Assembly: GCA_028292405.1 (NCBI GenBank) | Contig: JAQGMJ010000049.1 | Span: forward strand, 257,353 to 321,352 | DNA: 64,000 bases | Direction of reading: 5' to 3' | DNA from: Betaproteobacteria bacterium | GTDB lineage: Bacteria; Pseudomonadota; Gammaproteobacteria; Burkholderiales; JAEUOS01 | Shown here: positions 23,323 to 31,455 of the stretch, one piece after another | Layout of the letters: each line of letters starts with the position of its first letter | How positions within the stretch are numbered: the stretch's first letter is position 1 | The notes under the pieces: generated by a model | Seen by the model: the letters and a program-made list of their open reading frames with translations, nothing else | The model's database searches: none | What the model was told of the DNA's origin: nothing | Made by a program: the position numbers and the translations under genes

Positions 23323-23988
23323 TTGAAACTCAACCCCCCACTCGAAACCTTCCTCTTTTCCAAAGACCTCGACCAACTCCTCGAAGCACGCCAGGCCATC
23401 AAGGCGCTGGACGAGGACGACGAGGCCGTGGTGCGCGCGGTGCTCAAGGAATGGAGCAACCCGCAGTCCGTCGCCAATCTGCTGTTCCACCCGAGCATGA
23501 TCCCGGCGGAGATCCGCGTGCCCAGTTTGTTGCGCGGGCTGCGGGAGCGGGGCGTGATGTATTACGTGCTGGCGGCCATCGTCGGCTTCGGCGGCATGGT
23601 GCCGGAGTTGACGGAGGGTGATCGCGAGGAGGTGGCGGCGCTGCTGCTGGAGTTCCTGCCGAACAGCACCGGGGTGCTGGCGCAGCGCGCCTCGGTGACC
23701 TTGAGCGGCGTGGCGCGGGAGGCGGACGCGCCGGCCATTTTTTCGCTGCTCGACCACGAGGACGATACGGCGCGCCACAACCTGCGCGCCTGGCTGTTTC
23801 GCACCTTCGAGAAGCCGGGCGTGGAGGCCTTCACCGCCGCCGCCGCGCGCAGCACGCTGGATGCGGAGGCCCAGGCGGCGCTGGTGCGCGAGTTCGCCGA
23901 GATCAAGCCGGGCGCGCCGCCGGAGGTAAAGCGCAAGCTGCTCACGCTGTTCAGCTACATTCCGAATCTCGAAGAGGTGAAGGTTTGA
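23323..23988 (+). CDS. Hypothetical all-alpha (HEAT/ARM-like) protein
   Basis: 221-aa ORF with a TTG start 8 nt after AAGGA. Helical repeat-like composition ('VVRAVLKEW', 'LLRGLRERG', 'VAALLLEFL'). No known motif. Confidence 0.55.
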   Translation: MKLNPPLETFLFSKDLDQLLEARQAIKALDEDDEAVVRAVLKEWSNPQSVANLLFHPSMIPAEIRVPSLLRGLRERGVMYYVLAAIVGFGGMVPELTEGDREEVAALLLEFLPNSTGVLAQRASVTLSGVAREADAPAIFSLLDHEDDTARHNLRAWLFRTFEKPGVEAFTAAAARSTLDAEAQAALVREFAEIKPGAPPEVKRKLLTLFSYIPNLEEVKV

Positions 23989-24021
23989 GCCTGTTCCGCG
24001 TTTTTATTCCGGTCCGGTAGG

Positions 24022-24564
24022 GTGCGCTACCTCGTTTTTCTGACGATGTTTTTGCTGTCCATGGGGCTGCTGCTCTGCATGAGCGAGCCGGGCACGGTGG
24101 TGCGCACCGTTCCGGAGTGGCGGTGGGCCTGCGATGCTTTTGCGGTGGTGGTGACCGCGCTTTACGCCTGGTATTACCTGCGCGAGTCGCGTCGCGAGAG
24201 GCGCGGCAAAAAGAAATCAGACAAGAAGGACTCGGTGGTAGCGCTGCTGGTGTTTGCCTTCATGGCCTTTGTCTTCAATTCGATCACCGCCAACAGCCTC
24301 ACGCCGCTGTTCATGCGCGACAAGTCCACCGAGAGCGTCGACCTACTGCAGGACGCGCAGCGGGTCACGCATTACACGACCAAGCAAGGCAAGGACAGGA
24401 CGCGCACCTGCAACCACTATGTTGTCTTCAAGCTGCCGGACGGTCATAGCGACGGCATGTGCACGGACCTGACGCGCGGCGAGCCGCTGGTGGTGCCGGG
24501 AAAAGGGAAGCTTGAACTGCGCAAGGGGCTGGCCGGGGAGGCTTATCTCGGCATCAGACAGTGA
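24022..24564 (+). CDS. Hypothetical membrane protein
   Basis: Three predicted TM helices, a basic loop 'RRERRGKKKSDKKD', and a soluble C-terminus. GTG start is uncertain (alternative ATG at 24046). Confidence 0.5.
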   Translation: MRYLVFLTMFLLSMGLLLCMSEPGTVVRTVPEWRWACDAFAVVVTALYAWYYLRESRRERRGKKKSDKKDSVVALLVFAFMAFVFNSITANSLTPLFMRDKSTESVDLLQDAQRVTHYTTKQGKDRTRTCNHYVVFKLPDGHSDGMCTDLTRGEPLVVPGKGKLELRKGLAGEAYLGIRQ

Positions 24565-24675
24565 CGGCCGGCAAGGCCGCGGCGCAATAGCGGCTATTCA
24601 AATGTCATGTCTACGCATGCGCGGGCGAATCGGCTAGACTATCTTTCTGGTCATCCTCCCTGCCGGAGAACATCA

Positions 24676-24972
24676 ATGCAAGCCCTGCTCGTAGGCGGTC
24701 CCCTGCATGGAAAAATGGTGGCGCTGGAAGACAAGAGCGCGCTGAAGGTGCTCAGCGAAAGCGCCGAGGGGCAGGAGTATGCCTACTCGCGGCGCAGCAC
24801 CTACGAGCACTCCGGCAACGCGGTGGCGATCTTCGTCTACGGCGAGCCCGATTACCAGCAGGTGACGGACGCCATCGGCCGTTCCGACCTGATGGCCAAC
24901 ACCGGCAATATCCGCGCCCTCGGTACGGACTTCGCGCATTGGCTGACAGACAACGCGCTGAAGCAGGAATAA
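24676..24972 (+). CDS. Hypothetical small protein
   Basis: ATG 24676 follows CCGGAGAA. 98 aa with no recognisable motif. Confidence 0.45.
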   Translation: MQALLVGGPLHGKMVALEDKSALKVLSESAEGQEYAYSRRSTYEHSGNAVAIFVYGEPDYQQVTDAIGRSDLMANTGNIRALGTDFAHWLTDNALKQE

Positions 24973-25218
24973 GCGCGGCCCGGCGGGCGGCGCGTTGGTT
25001 TTGCCGGGATTCGCATGATCCGGTTTCTCGCCGCGGTATCTCTTGCGCTGGTTTCCGCGTCGCTGTTGGCGGCGCTGGCGCACTGGTACTGGTGGAAGGC
25101 CGGCCCTCGGGTGCCATCGCCTGCGCGCAGACTTCGCCCGGCGAGGCTGGGTCAGGGAAGACGGGCCGTACAAGGATTCGCGCTGCACCGTGCGCCTGGT
25201 GCGGCTGGCAGCCGGCGC

Positions 25219-25458
25219 CTAGCCAACTTCCGGGTGCGCTTTGGCAAAGCGTTCCAGCGCATGGCGGGCGCGGGTCAGGGCCGCTCCGGCCTGGTCATTG
25301 GCGAGGAGGAATTCCTGTAGCGGCCGCATCGCCTGCTGGCCATCCTTGGCTGCCTGGATGCGCCGCAGCAGCGCCTCGCGCGCGCTATTGGCCGCATCCA
25401 GGGCCGACTGATGGTCAGCCTTGAGGGCGCGCAACTGGTCTTTGAGGTCGTGCTGCAT
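25219..25458 (-). CDS. Hypothetical small helical/coiled-coil protein
   Basis: 79 aa starting at the internal ATG ('MQHDLKDQLRALKADHQSALDAANSAREALLRRIQ...'). Weak SD. Overlaps a competing + strand ORF. Confidence 0.35.
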   Translation of the reverse strand: MQHDLKDQLRALKADHQSALDAANSAREALLRRIQAAKDGQQAMRPLQEFLLANDQAGAALTRARHALERFAKAHPEVG

Positions 25459-25587
25459 TGTGATTACCACGTGGCAATTTAGGCAACGGTAACAGCCGTG
25501 GCGGCGCGCGTCTGTCCGCATGCTGCCTACGTCAAGCCCCTCATCCGCTGCCACGCCGGCGGCGTTTCCCGGGGCGGCTGGTAGCGC

Positions 25588-25617
25588 TTGCATAAGTCCC
25601 TGTTTTTATGATATAAT
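25588..25617 (+). promoter_or_regulatory. Sigma70-like promoter upstream of the wHTH gene
   Basis: TTGCAT (25588..25593), 18-nt spacer, TATAAT (25612..25617) with an extended -10 TG. Confidence 0.45.
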
Positions 25618-25717
25618 TCTTTAGTTGGGCGTCTTCTACCGGGCATGCCTTGCAATTGAAGCGCATTGCCCCGATCTCGCTCCTTTGTAGTCTCATCGAT
25701 CCCCAGGAGCCTCTTAT

Positions 25718-26005
25718 ATGCAGGAAATTCTGCAATTTCTGAAGACCAACGGCGAGCGTTTCGATGCCGAGATCGCTGTCGGTACGAAGATGTCGCTGGC
25801 CAGCGTCCAGCGCAGCCTTGAAAAGCTGCTGGCGCAGGGCGAAGTCATCGCCTGCCACTCCATCCAGTTCAAGGACGGCAAGAAAATCGAAGGCATGCGC
25901 TGCCGCCTGGCAGGCTACATTCCGCCGGCCGCCCCCGGCCGCAAGGGCAAGCCGGCTGCTTCGTCGTCTTCCTCTTCGTCGTCGTCCTCGTCCTCGCATA
26001 GCTGA
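25718..26005 (+). CDS. Small winged-helix (FeoC/FaeA-like) DNA-binding protein with a poly-serine tail
   Basis: ATG follows CCAGGAG. 'MQEILQFLKTNGERFDAEIAVGTKMSLASVQRSLEKLLAQGEVIA' is wHTH-like. C-terminus 'AASSSSSSSSSSSSHS'. Confidence 0.65.
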   Translation: MQEILQFLKTNGERFDAEIAVGTKMSLASVQRSLEKLLAQGEVIACHSIQFKDGKKIEGMRCRLAGYIPPAAPGRKGKPAASSSSSSSSSSSSHS

Positions 26006-26057
26006 TCGCAGGATTGAAACCCGGCGCCCACGGGCGCCGTGGTTTGGTTGTGACCCG

Positions 26058-26084
26058 CCCCGGCTTCTGCCGGGGTTGTCTTTT
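26058..26084 (+). terminator. Rho-independent terminator
   Basis: CCCCGG-cttctg-CCGGGG followed by TTGTCTTTT. Confidence 0.55.
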
Positions 26085-26263
26085 GGGGGCCGCTAACGGG
26101 GCTTGTCCGGCGCGTGAGCACAAGTGTGTTGGCACGGCATCACGGTATGGCAGTTGCTTTGACTCTGGATAATCGGCGATTTACCCCGCCGCACGGGCAA
26201 TTCTTTCCGGTGCGCCGGCTTGTCGGCAATATTTGCCGCCATAATCCAAACAGGGTCACCCGC

Positions 26264-27478
26264 ATGAACCAGTCGCAAACCGCCGAAGCGCCGCATGAGG
26301 TCGCCAGCCCGACCATCAGCCGCGCCTACAAATGCCACCATTGCGGCAAGCCGATCTTCCTGCGCAACAGCGTGTGCCTGAACTGCGGCTCGCCGGTCGG
26401 CTATGACCCCTCGCGGCGGACCATGATTTCCCTGGCCCCGGTGGCCGAAACGCCGGGCGTCTTCGAACTGGTGGATGAGCCCGGCAGCCGGGTAATGACC
26501 TGCGCTAACCTCACCACCGCCGCCGGCTGCAGCTGGCTGATCCCCGCCAACGCGCAGGGCGGCTTCGACTACCCAAACCAGTACCCCGGCTTTTGCCTCG
26601 CCTGCAGCCTGAACCGCACCGTGCCCGATCAGAGCATTCCCGACAATCAGGAACTGTGGCGGCGCATGGAGATTCCCAAGCGCCGCCTGGTGTCGCAACT
26701 CCTCGCCTTGGCTCTGCCGGTGGAAACCCGGCTGGAGCGGCACGACGGCATCGCTTTCGATTTTCTCGAGAGCCTGCCCGGCGGCCCGCGCGTCATGACC
26801 GGCCACGACAGCGGCCTGATCACCATGAACATCCAGGAAGCCGACGACGCCGCGCGCGAAAAGCTGCGCAACGACATGCACGAGCCTTACCGCACCCTGC
26901 TGGGCCATTTCCGTCACGAGATCGGCCACTACTACTGGGGGCGCCTGGTGGAGGGCGGCCCGCTGCTGGGCGAATGCCGCAAGCTGTTCGGCGACGACAG
27001 CACCGACTACGAGGCCGCGCTACAGCACCACTACGCCGAAGGCCCACCGGCCGACTGGGCGCTGCATTTCATTTCCGGCTACGCCGCCGCCCATCCCTAT
27101 GAAGACTGGGCCGAGACCTGGGCGCACTACCTGCACATGTGCGACACGGTGGACACGGCGCTGTCTTTCGCGATCAACGCCGACGCCGTCGACATGCAGG
27201 CCGTGCCCTACGAGAAGGCCGACCTGTGGCAACCCGAGCACGAAAATGCCGAGGCCTTCCTCGCCTTTCTCAACACCTGGGTGCGCCTGACCAACGTACT
27301 CAACGAGTTGTCTCGCGCCATGGGCCAGCCGGACTACTACCCCTTCATCCTGCCGCACGCCGCGGTGGGCAAGCTGCAATTCATCCACGAAGTGGTGCGC
27401 GGCGCCAGCGTGATCGAGCCGGTGGTGAACCCGATCCCGCAGGTGGAGCAGCCGGTCGAAGTGGCACCGGCCGCGTAG
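26264..27478 (+). CDS. Zinc-ribbon plus zinc-metallopeptidase-like protein (HExxH)
   Basis: N-terminal 'CHHCGKPIFLRNSVCLNCG' zinc ribbon and 'FRHEIGHYYW' HExxH motif. Start at the internal ATG 26264. Confidence 0.8.
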   Translation: MNQSQTAEAPHEVASPTISRAYKCHHCGKPIFLRNSVCLNCGSPVGYDPSRRTMISLAPVAETPGVFELVDEPGSRVMTCANLTTAAGCSWLIPANAQGGFDYPNQYPGFCLACSLNRTVPDQSIPDNQELWRRMEIPKRRLVSQLLALALPVETRLERHDGIAFDFLESLPGGPRVMTGHDSGLITMNIQEADDAAREKLRNDMHEPYRTLLGHFRHEIGHYYWGRLVEGGPLLGECRKLFGDDSTDYEAALQHHYAEGPPADWALHFISGYAAAHPYEDWAETWAHYLHMCDTVDTALSFAINADAVDMQAVPYEKADLWQPEHENAEAFLAFLNTWVRLTNVLNELSRAMGQPDYYPFILPHAAVGKLQFIHEVVRGASVIEPVVNPIPQVEQPVEVAPAA

Positions 27479-27519
27479 CCGCTTGCGCGGCAGAAGCGTA
27501 GCCGCGCAGACCTTTGGCT

Positions 27520-28383
27520 TCAGCGGTGCTGCGTACCGCAACCGCACTCGTCGTGCGTGGCGGCGGGGTTCGTGGCGGCGGGCGCGGCGATGTCGAGCGG
27601 CATCGGCCCGCCGCAGCAGGCGTGGCCGGCGGCGTCCTCGTACTTGTCGTGGTGGCGCATCCAGTCGCCCATGTTGTGGCCGGGGCCATTCTCGGCGCGG
27701 CCCTTCGGGGTCATGTCGAGGAAGGGGTAGGTGCTCATCACCGCTTCGGTGCCGCGACCGTACATCGAGTAGGTGTGGAACACCTGGCCTTGCGCGTCCT
27801 TGTAGAACACGCTACAGCCGGGCAGGTCGGTCATGCTGGTCTCATGCTGGTCGTTGTAGTTATAGGTGACCTTGTGGTCGGCGAGATCTTCCGCGGTGAA
27901 GCTGGCATGGAGGTCGTAGTTGAAGCTGTTGCCGCCGGAAGAGACCCAGGGGAAGCGCCAGCCCATACGCTGCCGGTAGGCCAGCAGTTTGGTCAGCGGG
28001 GCGCGCGAGATGGCGACGTACATGACGTCGTGGTGCACCAGATGTTGCAGCGCGCCGTCAACGCCGTCGGCCATGAAGGAGCAGCCGCTGCAGCCTTCGT
28101 CCCAGTCGGGGGAAAACATGAAGTGCTGCACGATCAGCTGGCTGCGGCCGGCGAACAGATCGGCCAGGGTCTTCTTCCCCTCGGGCGTCTCGAAGACATA
28201 GTTCTTCGTCACCTTGACCCAGGGCAGGGCGCGGCGCTTGCGCGCGAGTTCGTCGCGCAAGTGAGTGAGTTCCTTCTCCCGCTTTAGCAGGTCGCGGCTG
28301 GCGGCAAACCACTCGGCTTCGGAGACGACCGGATGGTGGGCGAGGTCGGGGTTGGCCGGTTTGAGTTCGGTTGCGGTGTTCAT
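27520..28383 (-). CDS. DUF899 thioredoxin-like protein
   Basis: 'EAEWFAASRDLLKREKELTHLRDELARKRRALPWVKV...YVFETPEGKKTLADLF...LIVQHFMF...CSGCS' matches the DUF899 pattern. Extra Cys-rich tail 'ACCGGP...ECGCG'. Confidence 0.8.
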   Translation of the reverse strand: MNTATELKPANPDLAHHPVVSEAEWFAASRDLLKREKELTHLRDELARKRRALPWVKVTKNYVFETPEGKKTLADLFAGRSQLIVQHFMFSPDWDEGCSGCSFMADGVDGALQHLVHHDVMYVAISRAPLTKLLAYRQRMGWRFPWVSSGGNSFNYDLHASFTAEDLADHKVTYNYNDQHETSMTDLPGCSVFYKDAQGQVFHTYSMYGRGTEAVMSTYPFLDMTPKGRAENGPGHNMGDWMRHHDKYEDAAGHACCGGPMPLDIAAPAATNPAATHDECGCGTQHR

Positions 28384-28450
28384 GCAGTTCTCCTTGCGGG
28401 AAAGAGAGGAACGAAACAAAAAGTGCAGCAAGATAAGTGCGGCGAAATTT

Positions 28451-28912
28451 TTATGCGGAGGCGCCGAGGTGGCGCTCCAGCGAGTCGAACCAGGTGTTCC
28501 AGCCGCCGACATGGCGGTCGCGCGCGGCGGCGTCGAAAAAGCGTTCGTGCACGAAATCGAAGTCGGTGCCGCCGGGAACCGCCTTCAGCGTGATGGTCAC
28601 CAGCGACTCGCGCTCGGGCGTGCTTTTCCAGTACCAGGTGAAGCTGAGCTTTCGCGGCGCATCCACTTCCTGGTAGACCCCGTGGGCATCGTGGCGTTCA
28701 CCGTTGCCGGCGGTAAACGCAAGGTGAAAACTCCCCCCGACGCGCACGTCGAGCTCGGTGGCGATCACGCTGCCGGCGCCGTTGGCCGACGGCGCGATCC
28801 AGTGCTTCATGGCTTCGGTTTGGGTCCACGCCCGCCAGACCCTTTCCGGGCTCGTGGCGAAGGTGCGGGTGAGGTGGAGCGACGGGCGCTCTTCGGTGGT
28901 GGTGTCAGGCAT
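28451..28912 (-). CDS. SRPBCC (AHSA1-like) protein
   Basis: ATG follows CCAGGAGG. 'LHLTRTFATSPERVWRAWTQTEAMKHWI...LVTITLKAVPGGTDFDFVHERF' is SRPBCC-like. Confidence 0.8.
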   Translation of the reverse strand: MPDTTTEERPSLHLTRTFATSPERVWRAWTQTEAMKHWIAPSANGAGSVIATELDVRVGGSFHLAFTAGNGERHDAHGVYQEVDAPRKLSFTWYWKSTPERESLVTITLKAVPGGTDFDFVHERFFDAAARDRHVGGWNTWFDSLERHLGASA

Positions 28913-29274
28913 GGATTGACCTCCTGGTCGTGGTAGAGATAACGCGCCAATGCATCCAGGCGCTCGGTCCAGAACTTCTCGTAATGCGAAAGCCAGGCAG
29001 CGGCATCGCGCATCGGTGCGGGGGAAAGCGTGCAACTGACCACGCGCCCCGACTTTTCGCGCGCGATCAGCCCGGCGTCTTCCAGCACCCGCAGGTGCTT
29101 CATGAAGCCGGGCAGCGACATGCCGTGCGGCGCCGCCAGCTCGGTCACCGAGCGCGGCCCGGCGTCAAGCGACTGCAGCACCGCGCGCCGCGTACCGTCG
29201 GCCAGCGCGGCGAATACTGCATCGAGCGCGGGCCCGGAAAGGCCGGTCGGGGAAGGGGTTTTAAAGTTAACCAT
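28807..29274 (-). CDS. ArsR/SmtB-family transcriptional regulator
   Basis: 'LDAVFAALADGTRRAVLQSLDAGPRSVTELAAPHGMSLPGFMKHLRVLEDAGLI' is an ArsR wHTH. Start uncertain (ATG 29274 or TTG 29310). The 3' end overlaps the next gene by 106 nt. Confidence 0.75.
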   Translation of the reverse strand: MVNFKTPSPTGLSGPALDAVFAALADGTRRAVLQSLDAGPRSVTELAAPHGMSLPGFMKHLRVLEDAGLIAREKSGRVVSCTLSPAPMRDAAAWLSHYEKFWTERLDALARYLYHDQEVNPCLTPPPKSARRSTSPAPSPRARKGSGGRGPKPKP

Positions 29275-29417
29275 AAGGTTTAGTATTCTCTTGTTCAGCG
29301 GCTTTGTCAAGGGGCTGCGCGGCTTGGTAACGGCCGAGTAAGAACATGCGGAATGCGAATTTCCCGCCGGGGTCGCGCGCTGCTATGCTAGACGCACACG
29401 AACAAAGGAGAGAGACG

Positions 29418-30719
29418 ATGGACCAGACACTGGAGCGGCGCGCACCGGCTGAAGAGGCGCGAGCGCCGAACCCGCGGCGCGCTTTCCTGCGCCGCGGCGC
29501 GGCGCTCACCACTGCCGCCGGACTGCTCGGTGCCGGGCGCGCCGAGGCGCTGGAGCCGGAGAAAGCCGCCCCCGCGCTGCTGCCGCCTAACGTGCCGCCA
29601 TGGACGCGCTCGCAGGGCGGCCCCTTCATCAACCCGCCCTACGGCCTGCCCTCTCGCCACGAGGTCGGCGTGGTGCGCGTGCTGCCACAGCCGGCAGCCG
29701 CCTTTCCCACCGGCTCGCGCACGCCGCTGCAAAACCTGCATGGGATCATTACGCCGTCCGGCCTGGTCTACGAGCGCCACCACGCCGGCGTGCCCGATAT
29801 CGACCCGAACGCGCATCGTCTGATGCTGCATGGCCTGGTCGAGCGGCCGATGATGTTCACCATGGAAGACCTGGCGCGCTTTCCCTCGGTGTCGCGCATC
29901 CACTTCCTCGAGTGCTCGGGCAACAGCTCGGCCGAACTGAAAAAGCCCACCGGCAAGACCGCGCAGGAGATCCACGGCCTGCTCTCCTGCTGCGAATGGA
30001 CCGGCGTGGCGCTTTCCACCGTGCTGCAAGAAGCCGGCATCAAGCGCGACGCCAAGTGGGTGCTGGCCGAGGGCGCCGATGGCGCGGCAATGACGCGCAG
30101 CGTGCCGCTCGGGAAGGCGCTCGACGACGCACTGCTGGTCTACGCACAAAACGGCGAGATGCTGCGCCCCGAGCAGGGCTACCCGCTGCGCCTGTTCCTG
30201 CCCGGCTTCGAGGGCAACATGAGCGTGAAGTGGCTGCGGCGCCTGAAGCTCGGCACCGAGCCTTTCGAGACGCGCGAAGAGACGGCCGCCTATACTGACC
30301 TGCTGCCCGATGGCACCTCGCTGCAATTCACCTTCCACATGGAAGCCAAGTCGGTCATCACTTTTCCCTCCGGCGGGCAAAAACTGAAGGCGCGCGGCTT
30401 TTACGAAATCTCCGGCCTGGCCTGGACCGGACGCGGCAAGGTCAAGCGCGTCGAGGTGACGCTGGACGGCGGCAAGACCTGGGTCGAAGCACGCCTGCAG
30501 GAGCCGGTGCTGTCGAAAGCCCTGGCCCGCTTTCGCCTGCCCTGGCAGTGGGACGGCGGCCCCGCGCTGATCGCCAGCCGCTGCATCGACGACACCGGCA
30601 CGCAGCCGGGCATGGGCGAGGTGCTCAAGCTGCGCGGCGCCAACTCCAACTATCACAACAACGCGATCCAGTACTGGAAGATCGACGCGGACGGGAGCGT
30701 GCAAAATGTTCGCGCCTAA
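29418..30719 (+). CDS. sorA: Sulfite dehydrogenase molybdopterin subunit (SorA/sulfite-oxidase family), Tat signal
   Basis: ATG follows AAAGGAGAGAG. Twin-arginine 'RRAFLRRGAALTTAAGLL', 'ECSGNS' Mo-binding cysteine region, and a dimerisation domain. Followed by a cytochrome c gene. Confidence 0.8.
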   Translation: MDQTLERRAPAEEARAPNPRRAFLRRGAALTTAAGLLGAGRAEALEPEKAAPALLPPNVPPWTRSQGGPFINPPYGLPSRHEVGVVRVLPQPAAAFPTGSRTPLQNLHGIITPSGLVYERHHAGVPDIDPNAHRLMLHGLVERPMMFTMEDLARFPSVSRIHFLECSGNSSAELKKPTGKTAQEIHGLLSCCEWTGVALSTVLQEAGIKRDAKWVLAEGADGAAMTRSVPLGKALDDALLVYAQNGEMLRPEQGYPLRLFLPGFEGNMSVKWLRRLKLGTEPFETREETAAYTDLLPDGTSLQFTFHMEAKSVITFPSGGQKLKARGFYEISGLAWTGRGKVKRVEVTLDGGKTWVEARLQEPVLSKALARFRLPWQWDGGPALIASRCIDDTGTQPGMGEVLKLRGANSNYHNNAIQYWKIDADGSVQNVRA

Positions 30720-31233
30720 GCACATCCTCCTCGCGGCCTGCACCGCCTGCACGCTGACCATCACGCCCGCACTGGCACAGCAGCGCTACAACCTGGGGCG
30801 CCCGGCGACACCCGCCGAGATCGCCGGCTGGGACATCGACGTCAAGGCTGACGGCACCGGCTTGCCTAAAGGACGCGGCACCGTGGCGGCAGGCGCGGCC
30901 ATTTTCGCCGAGAAATGCGCGGCCTGTCATGGCGCGAAAGGCGAGGGCAGCGTGGCGAACAAGCTCGCGGGTGGCGGAGGCACTCTCAACACGGCGGGTG
31001 CGCTGAAGACAGTCGGCAGCTTTTGGCCATACCCGACCACGCTGTTCGACTACATCCGCCGCGCCATGCCGCATAACGCGCCGCAGTCGCTGAAGAGCGA
31101 CGAGGTATATTCGCTCACTGCCTTCATCCTCAACGTCAATGGCGTGATCGACGCCAAGGCGGAGATGAACCAGGCCACGTTGCCGAAGGTGCAGATGCCG
31201 AACAAGGGCGGGTTCAAGCAGGTGGTGGACTGA
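30706..31233 (+). CDS. sorB: Monoheme cytochrome c subunit (SorB-like)
   Basis: Signal peptide and heme motif 'CAACHG'. Overlaps the sorA stop by 14 nt. Confidence 0.75.
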   Translation: MFAPKHILLAACTACTLTITPALAQQRYNLGRPATPAEIAGWDIDVKADGTGLPKGRGTVAAGAAIFAEKCAACHGAKGEGSVANKLAGGGGTLNTAGALKTVGSFWPYPTTLFDYIRRAMPHNAPQSLKSDEVYSLTAFILNVNGVIDAKAEMNQATLPKVQMPNKGGFKQVVD

Positions 31234-31292
31234 CGCAAAAGAAAAAGAGGCGACGGAGGAGCGGCCATCGCCTCGGGGAACCGCAACGTGTC

Positions 31293-31455
31293 TAGCGGCC
31301 TGTACCGAAAATACCTCGCATAAAAGATGACGAGAATCGCCCCATACTGCGTCGAAAATGCTCGCGAGGGGAAAGCCCTTGCTGTGCTTTTCTCCTTGTC
31401 TCGGAACGATTTCGTCACTTTTATTGTTGCGAGGTATCCGCGGTACAGGCCGCTA
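31293..31455. repeat. 163-bp imperfect palindromic element (28-bp terminal inverted repeats)
   Basis: TAGCGGCCTGTACCGAAAATACCTCGCA (31293..31320) against the reverse complement of 31428..31455 (25/28 matches). Inner arms AAAAGATGACGAGAATCG / CGATTTCGTCACTTTT also pair. The right arm includes the stop codon of the L,D-transpeptidase gene. Confidence 0.6.

Noticed and set aside
25015-25320. 101-aa + strand ORF with a convincing N-terminal TM helix ('MIRFLAAVSLALVSASLLAALAHWYWW')
   Set aside because: After the helix the sequence turns into an Arg/Pro/Gly-rich off-frame-like stretch and overlaps the more protein-like minus-strand ORF 25219..25458. A short membrane peptide may be real, but the sequence alone does not support it.
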